The notes under the pieces: generated by a model
What the model was told of the DNA's origin: nothing
The model's input: only the letters and a program-made list of their open reading frames with translations
Database searches by the model: none
Made by a program: the position numbers and the translations under genes
Source: an uncultured Collinsella sp.
GTDB taxonomy: Bacteria; Actinomycetota; Coriobacteriia; Coriobacteriales; Coriobacteriaceae
Reading direction: 5' to 3'
NCBI GenBank assembly: GCA_900549905.1
Contig: URQD01000001.1
Location: forward strand, 3,486-67,485
Length of the DNA: 64,000 nucleotides
Shown here: piece after piece, positions 48,007 through 57,685 of the stretch
Layout of the letters: the number at the start of each line of letters is the position of its first letter
Position numbering within the stretch: the first letter of the stretch is position 1

Positions 48007-49529
48007 TGGCGTTCGAGACGTTTGCCGTTCACGCGGCCTGCATCCGCGGCGTCGAGGCGATTCACGTCACGGTCGAGGTCTCGCTTGCCGGTGGTGTTCC
48101 GGGCATCCAAATGCTCGGCATTCCGAGTATGGAGGTGATGGAGTCACGCGGTCGTATTCGCTGCGCGATGCGCTCCGCCGGGTTCGAGATCCCACGCTCG
48201 GGCATTACCGTTAACCTGGCACCCGGCGATATTCGCAAGACCGGTAGCGGCTTTGATCTGCCCATCGCCATCGCGGTTCTGGCGGCCGATGGGCAGATTC
48301 CCCGTGACAACCTCGATCACTGCCTTATCGCCGGCGAGCTCGGCTTGGACGGTACGGTGCTTCCCGTCAAGGGCGAGGTGGCGTTTCAGCTGCTGGCTCG
48401 CGACATGGGGCTGTCTTTTATCGCCGGCAGGTCAGACCAGCATGTGCCACTCGCGGGCGTGGATTGTGGATTCATCGATCATTTGTCTCAGCTTGCCCAT
48501 GGCATGGGCGATGCCGCGCGGCACTACTTGGATTCTGAAGTGCTCGAGGCGACCTTTGAGCCCGAACTCGACTATGCCGACGTACTGGGGCAGGAGGTCG
48601 CCAAGCGCGGCATGGCGCTGGCGGCAGCGGGTGAGCTCGGTTTGCTTATGATCGGGTCCCCGGGATCGGGCAAGACGATGCTCGCGCGTCGTATGACCGG
48701 CATCCTGCCCGAGCTTTCCGTTGAGGATCAACAGGAGGCGCTGTGCATCCATTCGGTTTTGGGTGAGAACATTGATGGCTTGTTGGCGGGGCACCGGCCC
48801 TTCCGCAGTCCCCATCACAGTATTTCGACCGCAGGTCTTATCGGCGGTGGGCGCCCGGTGCACCCGGGTGAGATCAGCCTTGCTCATGGCGGCGTGCTCT
48901 TTTTGGACGAGCTTGCTGAGTTTCCCACGGGTGTGCTGCAGACGCTGCGTCAGCCCATCGAACGCGGCTATGTGAGGATCGTGCGCGTCGACGGGGCCTT
49001 TACCTTCCCGTCGCGCTTTCAGCTGCTGGCTGCGAGCAATTCCTGCCCCTGCGGTTTTTTGGGCGATCGCGAGGTACCGTGTCGCTGCTCAGCGGCGATG
49101 GTCGAGCGCTATCGGTCTAAACTGCGCGGTCCTTTGGCCGACCGTATCGACATGATGATCGATGTGACCCGTCCCGACCCCCAAGTGATTATCGAGGGTG
49201 CGGAGGGTATGTCGTCTGCCGAGTTACGTGACTACGTTGTGCGCGGTCGCGCTTTTCGCGCCTGGCGCGAATCCCGTATGGACGATGCGGATGCCGAGGC
49301 CGAGGATGACGAGACACGGTCCATTGACGGCGTCGTTTCGACCTTTGAGCTCGATGATGCGGCGGAGAAGTGTGTGCTCGGCCTGTCCAAACGCACGCAT
49401 CTCACGGGCCGCGGCATCGTGCGCCTGGTGCGTATCGCGCGTACAATCGCTGACGTCGCCGAGAGCGAGCAGGTGACGCAGGACCATGTGCTCGAGGCGG
49501 CGATGTACCAGGGAAGGAGGGACCAATGA
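48006..49529 (+). CDS. comM: YifB/ComM Mg-chelatase-like AAA+ ATPase
   Basis: VNLAPGDIRKTGSGFDLPIA, GSPGSGKT, FRSPHH, GEISLAHGGVLFLDE, ARTIAD motifs. Confidence 0.93.
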   Translation: MAFETFAVHAACIRGVEAIHVTVEVSLAGGVPGIQMLGIPSMEVMESRGRIRCAMRSAGFEIPRSGITVNLAPGDIRKTGSGFDLPIAIAVLAADGQIPRDNLDHCLIAGELGLDGTVLPVKGEVAFQLLARDMGLSFIAGRSDQHVPLAGVDCGFIDHLSQLAHGMGDAARHYLDSEVLEATFEPELDYADVLGQEVAKRGMALAAAGELGLLMIGSPGSGKTMLARRMTGILPELSVEDQQEALCIHSVLGENIDGLLAGHRPFRSPHHSISTAGLIGGGRPVHPGEISLAHGGVLFLDELAEFPTGVLQTLRQPIERGYVRIVRVDGAFTFPSRFQLLAASNSCPCGFLGDREVPCRCSAAMVERYRSKLRGPLADRIDMMIDVTRPDPQVIIEGAEGMSSAELRDYVVRGRAFRAWRESRMDDADAEAEDDETRSIDGVVSTFELDDAAEKCVLGLSKRTHLTGRGIVRLVRIARTIADVAESEQVTQDHVLEAAMYQGRRDQ

Positions 49530-50461
49530 TAGCCGAGGGGACCTTTGAGCTGCATCCAGGTGATGCGTTGTATCCCGAGACCGTTTTGGAGCTTTCTGAT
49601 GTACCCCAGACGCTTTATGTGCGTGGCAATCCCGAGGTGCTTTCGACACCCGCGCTCTCCATCATCGGCGCGCGCAAGGCCTCGCCGTATGGTCTTGCCG
49701 TGGCAGAGCTTGCGGCAAAGGTGGCGGTCGAGGCGGGAGTGACGGTAGTTTCGGGCGGCGCGGTCGGTTGTGACCAGGCCTCGGGTTGGGCTGCGGTCAA
49801 CGCCGGCGGCAAACACGTCGTGGTGCTGGGGACGGGCGCCGACGTGGTCTACCCGCGTTCGAGCGCGGGGCTTATTATGCGCACGCTCGATACGGGTGGC
49901 GCGGTCGTGTCGATCTCTCCGTGGGGCATGGGTCCGCGCAAGTTTGCCTTTCCGCGCCGCAATCGCGTGATCGCGGCCCTGTCGCAAGCCCTCTTTGTTT
50001 CCGAGGCGGGTATGCCTTCCGGGACGTTTTCTACAGCCGAGGCTGCTATGGATTTGGGGCGCGAACTTCTTGTCGTGCCGGGGTCGATCCTATCGCCCGA
50101 GTCGCGTGGCACGAATTACCTCATTGCGAACGGTGCCTGCTGCATCATCGACGAGGAATCTATCGAGATGGCTATCTCACGCATCTACGGCACCCTGCGC
50201 TACTCGCGCCCCGATGCTCCCGGCATTGCCGACCTGGATCCAACACAGCAGACCGTGATGCATGCGCTCATCGCCTCTCCGCTCAAGGTCGACGACATCG
50301 CGGCGCTCGTCTCGCTCGATGCTGTCGGCGTACTCAAACTCTTGGGTTCGCTTGAACTCGAGGGCCTTATCGAGCGCATGATGGATGGAAGGTATGCGCC
50401 CTCCAAGTTTGCCCTTCACGCCCAGACGCCCTTCGGTCACAATGGAAAACGTGTCAATTAG
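49526..50461 (+). CDS. dprA: DNA-processing protein DprA
   Basis: IIGARKASPYG, VSGGAVGCD, FPRRNRVIAALS, VPGSI motifs; C-terminal winged helix. Confidence 0.93.
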   Translation: MIAEGTFELHPGDALYPETVLELSDVPQTLYVRGNPEVLSTPALSIIGARKASPYGLAVAELAAKVAVEAGVTVVSGGAVGCDQASGWAAVNAGGKHVVVLGTGADVVYPRSSAGLIMRTLDTGGAVVSISPWGMGPRKFAFPRRNRVIAALSQALFVSEAGMPSGTFSTAEAAMDLGRELLVVPGSILSPESRGTNYLIANGACCIIDEESIEMAISRIYGTLRYSRPDAPGIADLDPTQQTVMHALIASPLKVDDIAALVSLDAVGVLKLLGSLELEGLIERMMDGRYAPSKFALHAQTPFGHNGKRVN

Positions 50462-50475
50462 AAAGGTGTTTGCAG

Positions 50476-51813
50476 ATGCAGTTCGATCAGGTGACGGTTA
50501 TCGGTGGCGGTCTGGCGGGTTCGGAATGCGCGATCCAGCTGGCAGACCGCGGTTTTGCCGTTAGGCTGTGCGAGATGCGCCCCCAGGTTAGCTCCCCGGC
50601 TCACCATACCGATCACTTGGCAGAGCTCGTCTGCTCCAATTCGTTTAAGTCGACCCGTCCGGATTCCGCGGCTGGTTTGCTGAAGGCCGAGCTTAAGCGC
50701 ATGGGTTCAGTCCTGCTCGATTGCGCCCATCGCGCGGCTGTTCCCGCCGGCGGTGCCCTGGCGGTCGACCGCGTCAAGTTTTCCGAGCTTGTCGAGGCCG
50801 AGGTTGCCGCCCGTCCCAATATCGAGGTCGTGCACGGCGAGGTCACGCAGATTCCCGAGGGCCACGTGGTCATTGCCGCGGGCCCGCTGTGTTCACCGGC
50901 GCTGAGCGAAGAGGTCATGGAGCTCGTCGGCGGCGACGCCCTTGCGTTCTTCGATGCCGCGGCGCCGATAGTCGATGCCTCCACGCTCGATATGGACGTG
51001 CTGTTCTCGCAGTCGCGCTACGAGGAGCAGGGGAGCGGCGACTATCTCAACGCTCCGCTCAACAAGGAGGAGTACGAGGCCTTTATCGAGGCACTTACCA
51101 CGGCCGACCGCGTGGTGCTCAAAGACTTTGAGGGCGGCGATCTGTTCCAGGCCTGCCAACCTGCCGAGGAAGTTGCGCGCACCGGCAAGGACGCCATTCG
51201 CTTTGGCGCCATGAAGCCCGTCGGCCTCACCGACCCGCGTACCGGACGTCGCCCCTGGGCGGCGATTCAGCTGCGTGCCGAGAACAAGGAGAAGACCGCC
51301 TATAACCTGGTGGGCTTCCAGACAAACCTGACCTTTGGCGAGCAGAAGCGCGTCTTCCATATGGTGCCGGGCCTGGGGAACGCTGAGTTCTTCCGCTACG
51401 GTGTCATGCATCGCAATACCTTTGTCGACGCCCCGCACGTGCTCGATGGCACCTTTGCCGTGCCCGGTACCGGCGTGCGCCTGGCCGGTCAGATCACCGG
51501 CACCGAGGGGTACATGGAAGCCGTGGCGACCGGTCTGCTCGCGGCGCTCAACACCTATGCCGAGGCTATCGGTGTCGCGGGCGTCGAGTTGCCGCGCGTG
51601 GGCGCCCTGGGTGCGCTCGTGGGCTATGCGACCGATCCTGCCACCGTGGGCTATCAGCCTATGCATGTCAACTTTGGCCTGGTGCCGCCACTCGAGGATG
51701 GTAAGCGCCGCAGCAAGCGCGACCGCTACCAGGCCTATGCGGACCGTGCGCTCGAGGCCCTTGATGCCTATCTGGCCACTCGTCCTGATCTGTTTGGAGG
51801 CGACCGTTCATAG
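50476..51813 (+). CDS. trmFO: tRNA m5U54 methyltransferase TrmFO
   Basis: VIGGGLAGSE, AELVCSNSF, VPAGGALAVDR, FFDAAAPIV, VGFQT, YGVMHRNTF, GQITGTEGY motifs. Confidence 0.96.
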   Translation: MQFDQVTVIGGGLAGSECAIQLADRGFAVRLCEMRPQVSSPAHHTDHLAELVCSNSFKSTRPDSAAGLLKAELKRMGSVLLDCAHRAAVPAGGALAVDRVKFSELVEAEVAARPNIEVVHGEVTQIPEGHVVIAAGPLCSPALSEEVMELVGGDALAFFDAAAPIVDASTLDMDVLFSQSRYEEQGSGDYLNAPLNKEEYEAFIEALTTADRVVLKDFEGGDLFQACQPAEEVARTGKDAIRFGAMKPVGLTDPRTGRRPWAAIQLRAENKEKTAYNLVGFQTNLTFGEQKRVFHMVPGLGNAEFFRYGVMHRNTFVDAPHVLDGTFAVPGTGVRLAGQITGTEGYMEAVATGLLAALNTYAEAIGVAGVELPRVGALGALVGYATDPATVGYQPMHVNFGLVPPLEDGKRRSKRDRYQAYADRALEALDAYLATRPDLFGGDRS

Positions 51814-52730
51814 CCTTTGACCTGTACGACACCGTCGACTCGTTTATCGCCTATATCTCACGTGTCGAGGGACTTTCTCCCAACACGGTGACGGCCTATG
51901 GCTCGAGGCTGGAGCGCTTTGCTGCCTGGTGCGAGCGCGAGGATATCGATGCTTTCGCTGCCGACGTGCGCACCATTCGTCGCTATCTTGCCGAGCTTTC
52001 GCGTGAGCAGGTGGCTCCCCGAACGCTTGCGGCGCATCTGTCGGCTATCCGATCGCTCTATCGATGGATGGCTGCCGAGGGGGTCGTGGAGGGCGATGTG
52101 GTCTCGGCAATTTCCTCGCCCAAGCTCCCGCGCGATCTACCCGGTGTGCTGACGACCCAACAGGTGGAGGCGCTGCTCAAGACGCCTGATACCTCAACAC
52201 CCGCGGGACTGCGCGATGCGGCGATGCTCGAGCTGCTCTATGCCTCGGGCGCCCGTATCTCTGAGCTCGCAGCACTCAATGTGGAGTCCATTGCGTGGTC
52301 CGAACGCACGCTGCGCCTGTGGGGCAAGGGGAGCAAAGAACGTATCGTCCCTCTGTATCGTCGTGCGCTCGAGGCGACGCGTCTCTATATCGAGGATGGG
52401 AGGCCGGAGTTGCTCGCTCAGGCAAAGCGTCGTGACCCCGCTACCGGGCCGCATCCACTGCTTATATCGGCGCGCGGTAATCGCATGAGTGCCGCCATGC
52501 TCAGGCGGCGGTTTCATACTCTGGCGACGCTCGCCGGCATTCCGGCCGACATCGCCCCGCATGCGATGCGCCATACCTTTGCGACCGACTTGCTCGAGGG
52601 CGGCGCGGACCTGCGCTCGGTTCAAGAGCTGCTAGGTCATGCGAGCCTGTCCACGACGCAGATCTACACGCATCTCACACCCGATCGGCTTAAGCGGGCT
52701 GTGGCTCAAGCCCATCCCCGCGGCGAATAG
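51810..52730 (+). CDS. xerC: Tyrosine recombinase XerC; start probably at ATA 51810 (track start GTG 51888 truncates the N-terminal domain)
   Basis: Catalytic R-K-HxxR-H-Y residues present (ARISEL, GKGSKE, HAMRH, LGHA, QIYTH). The upstream in-frame FIAYISRVEGLSPNTVTAY matches the Xer N-terminus. Confidence 0.88.
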   Translation: MAFDLYDTVDSFIAYISRVEGLSPNTVTAYGSRLERFAAWCEREDIDAFAADVRTIRRYLAELSREQVAPRTLAAHLSAIRSLYRWMAAEGVVEGDVVSAISSPKLPRDLPGVLTTQQVEALLKTPDTSTPAGLRDAAMLELLYASGARISELAALNVESIAWSERTLRLWGKGSKERIVPLYRRALEATRLYIEDGRPELLAQAKRRDPATGPHPLLISARGNRMSAAMLRRRFHTLATLAGIPADIAPHAMRHTFATDLLEGGADLRSVQELLGHASLSTTQIYTHLTPDRLKRAVAQAHPRGE

Positions 52731-52840
52731 TGGCTGGGACGTCCCGCGCCGCACTCAGGTGTGTGGTTTTGATTGCGGGTTGGCAGGAAGAAGCATTCCT
52801 GCTATCATTCATCGGGTTGCTTCACGGCAACATGTTTTTA

Positions 52841-52935
52841 TCACGCACGCGCGGCTACTTCATACCGTGGTGCCCGGGCTTTGGTAGCACATGTCCGGGT
52901 TGGTTTTGGAGGATGACCCCGCGCGGAGGCAAACC
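52841..52935 (+). ncRNA. rpsB 5' leader (S2 autoregulatory / t44-like)
   Basis: Structured leader closed by CGCGCGG/CCGCGCG pairing, with an internal CCCGGGC...GTCCGGG stem, directly upstream of rpsB. Confidence 0.6.
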
Positions 52936-52949
52936 ACAGGAGGTTTAAC

Positions 52950-53678
52950 ATGGCTACCAAGATTAATATCCGCACCCTGCTCGAGGCCGGCTGCCACTTC
53001 GGTCACCAGACCCGTCGCTGGAACCCCAAGATGAAGCCGTTCATCTTCGGTGAGCGCAACGGCATCTACATCCTCGACCTCAAGCAGACCATCCTCGACG
53101 CCGACCAGGCCTACACTTTCGTCAAGAACGTCGCCAAGGGTGGCAATGTGCTGTTCGTCGGCACCAAGAAGCAGGCTCAGGAGGCCGTCAAGAACGCCGC
53201 TGAGCGCGCCAACATGCCTTATATCAACCAGCGTTGGCTCGGCGGTATGCTGACCAACTTCGTCACCATCCGCTCCCGCATCAACCGCATGGAGGAGCTC
53301 GAGGCCATGGTCGAGGACGGTCGCATGGCAGTGCTCCCCAAGAAGGAGCAGGCTGTTCTCGGCAAGGAGCTCACCAAGCTCCAGACCAACCTCGGTGGTG
53401 CCCGCGACATGAAGGGTCTGCCCCAGGCTCTCTTCGTCATCGACACCAAGCGCGAGGAGAACGCCATCAAGGAGGCTCAGCGCCTGAACATCCCCGTCGT
53501 CGCTCTGATCGATACCAACTCCGATCCCGACGAGGTCGAGTACGGCATCCCCTGCAACGATGACGCTATCTCTGCTGTCACCCTTATGTGCGAGCTCATG
53601 GCTGACGCCTGCCTCGCTGGCTCCGGCAAGGAGCAGGTCCCCGAGGCCGAGATGGCCGCTGAGCCCAAGGCCGAGTAA
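52950..53678 (+). CDS. rpsB: 30S ribosomal protein S2
   Basis: [34 protein letters not shown] motifs. Confidence 0.99.
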   Translation: MATKINIRTLLEAGCHFGHQTRRWNPKMKPFIFGERNGIYILDLKQTILDADQAYTFVKNVAKGGNVLFVGTKKQAQEAVKNAAERANMPYINQRWLGGMLTNFVTIRSRINRMEELEAMVEDGRMAVLPKKEQAVLGKELTKLQTNLGGARDMKGLPQALFVIDTKREENAIKEAQRLNIPVVALIDTNSDPDEVEYGIPCNDDAISAVTLMCELMADACLAGSGKEQVPEAEMAAEPKAE

Positions 53679-53723
53679 ATCAGTCTTAGTTAATTCTTTT
53701 TCATCTCTTTGAAAGGAACCACA

Positions 53724-54593
53724 ATGGCCCAGATTACCGCCGCTATGGTCAAGCAGCTCCGCGAGATGACCGACTCCCCGATGATGGAGTGCAAGAAGGC
53801 TCTCGTCGAGGCTGACGGCGACATGGACGCCGCTGTCGACGTTCTTCGTAAGAACGGTCTCGCCAAGGCTGCCAAGAAGGCTGGCCGCGAGACCAACGAG
53901 GGCGCTGTAGCCGCGTTCGTCTCCGAGGATGGCAAGACCGGCGCTCTGCTCGAGCTCTCCTGCGAGACCGACTTCGTTGGCTCCAACGCCAAGTTCACCG
54001 GCTTTGCTTCCAAGGTCGCCGAGGTTGTCGCCACCACCGAGCCGGCCGATGTCGATGCTCTGCTCGAGAAGCCGATGGGCGAGGAGACCGTTTCCTCCGA
54101 GCTCACCGAGATGATTCACATCATGGGCGAGAACATGAAGATCTCCCGCTTCGCTGCCCGCAAGGCCGAGAACGGCGCGCTCGCTTCTTACATCCACATG
54201 GGTGGTAAGATCGGCGTCCTCGTCGAGTTCGCCTTCGAGAAGGCCGAGACCGCTCAGGCTGAGTCCTTCAAGACCTTCGCTCACGACGTTGCCCTTCAGG
54301 TTGCCGCCGTCGCCCCGATCTGCGCTACCCGCGATCAGGTTCCGGCCGAGACCGTCGAGCACGAGAAGCAGATCTACATGGCCCAGGCTGCCGAGTCCGG
54401 CAAGCCCGAGGCTATCCAGGAGAAGATGGCTGTTGGCCGTCTGGAGAAGTTCTACAAGCAGTCCGTGCTCACCGAGCAGGAGTTCATCAAGGACAGCTCC
54501 CTCACCATCAAGAAGTACGCTGAGCAGGTCTCCAAGGAGCTCGGCGACACCATTACCGTCGTTGCCTTTGACCGTCTGGTCCGTGGCGAGTAA
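53724..54593 (+). CDS. tsf: Elongation factor Ts
   Basis: VKQLRE, MMECKKAL, CETDFV, GENMKISRF motifs. Confidence 0.98.
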   Translation: MAQITAAMVKQLREMTDSPMMECKKALVEADGDMDAAVDVLRKNGLAKAAKKAGRETNEGAVAAFVSEDGKTGALLELSCETDFVGSNAKFTGFASKVAEVVATTEPADVDALLEKPMGEETVSSELTEMIHIMGENMKISRFAARKAENGALASYIHMGGKIGVLVEFAFEKAETAQAESFKTFAHDVALQVAAVAPICATRDQVPAETVEHEKQIYMAQAAESGKPEAIQEKMAVGRLEKFYKQSVLTEQEFIKDSSLTIKKYAEQVSKELGDTITVVAFDRLVRGE

Positions 54594-54616
54594 ATAAGCT
54601 CTTGTAGCTGGTAATG

Positions 54617-54651
54617 AGCAGGCTGTGGGTTTTACTCACAGCCTGCTTTTT
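54617..54651 (+). terminator. Intrinsic terminator after tsf
   Basis: AGCAGGCTGTGGGT/ACTCACAGCCTGCT stem followed by a T run. Confidence 0.85.
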
Positions 54652-54710
54652 CATGGCTCTTATCAGAGCCTTTGATATCATATTGAGAGTCTAATTAAAG
54701 GAGGATCGCT

Positions 54711-55433
54711 TTGTCCGACATCCGATATAAACGAGTGCTTCTTAAGCTTTCCGGCGAAGCGCTGATGGGCGACGGCCAATATGGCATCGACCCCAAGGTT
54801 ACCGATCATCTTGCCAAGCAGGTCAAGGAGCTGCTCGCCGTTGGCCATGAGGTCGGCGTCGTTGTCGGCGGCGGCAATATTTTCCGCGGCATGGCAGGCG
54901 CTGCCGGTGGCATGGAGCGTGCTCAGGCCGACTACATGGGCATGCTCGCGACCGTTATGAACGCGCTCGCCCTGCAGGATGCTTTCGAGCATAACGACGT
55001 TCCCTGCCGTGTGATGAGCGCTATCCAGATGAACGAGATCTGCGAGCCCTATATTCGCCGTCGCGCCATCAACCACCTTTCCAAGGGCAACGTCGTTATT
55101 TTTGCCGCCGGTTCGGGCAATCCGTACTTTACGACCGACACCGCCGCGGCTCTTCGTGCGTGCGAGATCGGCGCCGAGATTCTGATTAAAGCCACCAAGG
55201 TTGACGGCATCTACGACAAGGATCCCGTCAAGTGCGCCGATGCCGTCCGTTTTGACAAGATTACCTATCACGAGGTTCTCGTTCGCGGTCTGCAGGTTAT
55301 GGATTCCACGGCTACGGCCCTGTGCCAGGATAACCGTATGCCTATTTTGGTCCTCAACATCGATGGCGAGGACACCGTCAAGCGCGCGCTCGCGGGTGAG
55401 CCCGTCGGCACGCTCGTCTATCAGGAGGATTAA
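54711..55433 (+). CDS. pyrH: UMP kinase
   Basis: [33 protein letters not shown] motifs. Confidence 0.98.
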   Translation: MSDIRYKRVLLKLSGEALMGDGQYGIDPKVTDHLAKQVKELLAVGHEVGVVVGGGNIFRGMAGAAGGMERAQADYMGMLATVMNALALQDAFEHNDVPCRVMSAIQMNEICEPYIRRRAINHLSKGNVVIFAAGSGNPYFTTDTAAALRACEIGAEILIKATKVDGIYDKDPVKCADAVRFDKITYHEVLVRGLQVMDSTATALCQDNRMPILVLNIDGEDTVKRALAGEPVGTLVYQED

Positions 55434-55435
55434 GC

Positions 55436-55972
55436 ATGGCAGAGAACATCACCGCCCATATGGACAAGTCGCTCGAGTCCCTCAAGCATAACTTCTCCAA
55501 GGTCCGTACCGGTCGTGCCAACGCCAACATTCTGTCCGACATCACCGTCGATTATTACGGTGTCCCCACGCCGGTCACGCAGGTTGCCGCCGTCAAGACC
55601 CCCGAGGCTCACATGCTGCTCATCGAGCCGTGGGATAAGGCGCTCATCAATGCTATCGTCAAGGCCATCGGCGCTTCCGATCTGGGTATTACCCCCAACT
55701 CCGATGGCACCGTCGTTCGTCTTCCGTTCCCGGCTCCCACTGAGGAGCGCCGTCGCGAGCTCGTCAAGGAGTGCCGCGAGTACGCCGAGCAGGCCAAGGT
55801 GTCTATCCGTAACATCCGTCGCGACTTCAACAACAAGCTCGAGCGCGATGAGGAGCTCACCGAGGACGATGTCCGTCGCGAGCAGGCCAAGGTCCAGAAG
55901 CATACCGATGAATATGTCGCCAAGGTCGAGGAGCTTCTGAAGGAAAAAGAAGCCGAGGTCATGGAGATCTAA
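55436..55972 (+). CDS. frr: Ribosome recycling factor
   Basis: VRTGRAN, IEPWD, TEERRRELVK, IRNIRRD motifs. Confidence 0.98.
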   Translation: MAENITAHMDKSLESLKHNFSKVRTGRANANILSDITVDYYGVPTPVTQVAAVKTPEAHMLLIEPWDKALINAIVKAIGASDLGITPNSDGTVVRLPFPAPTEERRRELVKECREYAEQAKVSIRNIRRDFNNKLERDEELTEDDVRREQAKVQKHTDEYVAKVEELLKEKEAEVMEI

Positions 55973-55973
55973 G

Positions 55974-56768
55974 GTGCAATACGACGAGCATAAACTGGTC
56001 GAGTACTTTGCCGACGCCCCTGCGGGCGTCGGTTTTTCCGACCTTGACCTCAATAACATTCCGCACCATATCTCGTGCATCATGGACGGCAACGGTCGTT
56101 GGGCCACGTCGCGCGGTCTTGCACGCACCGAGGGCCACAAGGCGGGTATCGTCTCGCTGCGCGAGATCATTACCGCCTGCGTGCGCCTGGGCGTCGACGT
56201 GCTTTCGGCCTATGCATTTTCGACCGAAAACTGGAATCGACCGCAGCACGAAGTCAACGTTCTGATGCACCTGTTTGCCAAGACGTTTATCGACGAGCTG
56301 CCGCTTCTGAAGCGCGAAAATGTGCGCGTAGTCCTTTTGGGTGACATTTCCGCGCTGCCCAAGAAGACTCGCGACGTTTTTGAGCGCGGTCTTGCCGAGT
56401 GCGCCGATCACACCGGTATGACGCTGGCGCTTGCCGTCAACTACGGCGCGCGTGCCGAGATTACCCGCGCTGTCCGTCAGATCGCATCCGACGCTGCCGC
56501 CGGTAAGATCGATCCTGCCGCAATTGATGACGACATGGTGGCTTCCCACCTCTATACCGCCGGTCTTCCCGATCCCGAACTTGTGATTCGCACCTCTGGT
56601 GAGCTGCGCCTTTCGAACTATCTGCTGTGGCAGGTGGCTTATTCCGAATTCTACGTCACCGATACCTATTGGCCCGACTTTGATCGTTGGGGCCTTGTCG
56701 ACGCCATTTTGGCCTATCAGGGCCGTGACCGTAGGTTTGGTGGACTGAGCAAGACCGAGGAGGCTTAA
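55974..56768 (+). CDS. uppS: Undecaprenyl diphosphate synthase
   Basis: IMDGNGRWA, YAFSTENWNRP, IRTSGELRLSNYLLWQ, RRFGG motifs. Confidence 0.97.
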   Translation: MQYDEHKLVEYFADAPAGVGFSDLDLNNIPHHISCIMDGNGRWATSRGLARTEGHKAGIVSLREIITACVRLGVDVLSAYAFSTENWNRPQHEVNVLMHLFAKTFIDELPLLKRENVRVVLLGDISALPKKTRDVFERGLAECADHTGMTLALAVNYGARAEITRAVRQIASDAAAGKIDPAAIDDDMVASHLYTAGLPDPELVIRTSGELRLSNYLLWQVAYSEFYVTDTYWPDFDRWGLVDAILAYQGRDRRFGGLSKTEEA

Positions 56769-56770
56769 TC

Positions 56771-57685
56771 GTGTCCGATCGTCCCAAGGCATCTGCTCCC
56801 AAGACGCCAGTTTCCGCGGCGCCTGCGCGCAAGGCTGCCGCTGCGGGAGCACCTGCAGCAAAGAGCGGCACCGGTTCGTGGCTGGCGGGCTTTATCACCC
56901 GTGCCGCCGCCGGTATCGTCTACGCCGTTGTCTTTATCCTGTGCCTGGTTTTGGGTATCGTGCCCACGGCCATCTTTGTTTCTGTCATGAGCGGTCTGTG
57001 CTGCTATGAGTTTTTCCGTATGACGAGGCTCGATGGCAAGATGGCTAACGAGCGCATGGGTATCGCTGCCGCCGTACTCTTTCCGCTGTCGGCGTTGGGC
57101 GATTCGATGTTGCTGAATGCCCTGCTTTTTGCCTTGATGCTCGCTGTGGGCATTTGGTATGTCTGGTCGCCGCGTACCCGCATCTCTGATGTGGCCGTGA
57201 CGCTCATGGGTCCCATCTACACTGGCTTTATGCTGTCGGCTATCGTGCTGCTGCGCGATGCCGTGCCCGGTTTTGCCGGCGCCCTGCTTTCAGTGGGCGT
57301 TTGCGCGTCCCTTTGGGTCTCCGATTCGTTTGCCTACATCGTGGGCAGCCGTATCGGCAAGCACAAGATGGTTCCCAAGATCTCCCCCAAAAAGAGCTGG
57401 GAGGGGTTTGCCGGCGGCATCTTGGGCTCGGTTTTGATTTGGCTCATCCTGTGGGCGACGCACTTCTACAAGCTCAGCCTGCCCTATGCGCTGCTGTGCG
57501 GCGTGGTCGTGTCCATTCTGGGCGTTATCGGCGACCTTATCGAGTCGCGCATCAAGCGCGGTGTGGGCGTCAAGGATTCCGGCAACCTTATCCCGGGCCA
57601 CGGCGGAATGCTCGATCGTAGCGATTCGCTTATCTTCGGTTGCATCACCGCACAGCTGTTGCTGATGATCGGAGGCGTGCTGTAA
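56771..57685 (+). CDS. cdsA: Phosphatidate cytidylyltransferase
   Basis: SDSFAY, ISPKKSWEG, GDLIESRIKR, KDSGNLIPGHGGMLDR motifs. Confidence 0.96.
   Translation: MSDRPKASAPKTPVSAAPARKAAAAGAPAAKSGTGSWLAGFITRAAAGIVYAVVFILCLVLGIVPTAIFVSVMSGLCCYEFFRMTRLDGKMANERMGIAAAVLFPLSALGDSMLLNALLFALMLAVGIWYVWSPRTRISDVAVTLMGPIYTGFMLSAIVLLRDAVPGFAGALLSVGVCASLWVSDSFAYIVGSRIGKHKMVPKISPKKSWEGFAGGILGSVLIWLILWATHFYKLSLPYALLCGVVVSILGVIGDLIESRIKRGVGVKDSGNLIPGHGGMLDRSDSLIFGCITAQLLLMIGGVL

Noticed and set aside
51810..52730. Tyrosine recombinase as a phage or island integrase
   Set aside because: Sits in the housekeeping dprA-trmFO-xerC context, with no att sites or cargo genes.
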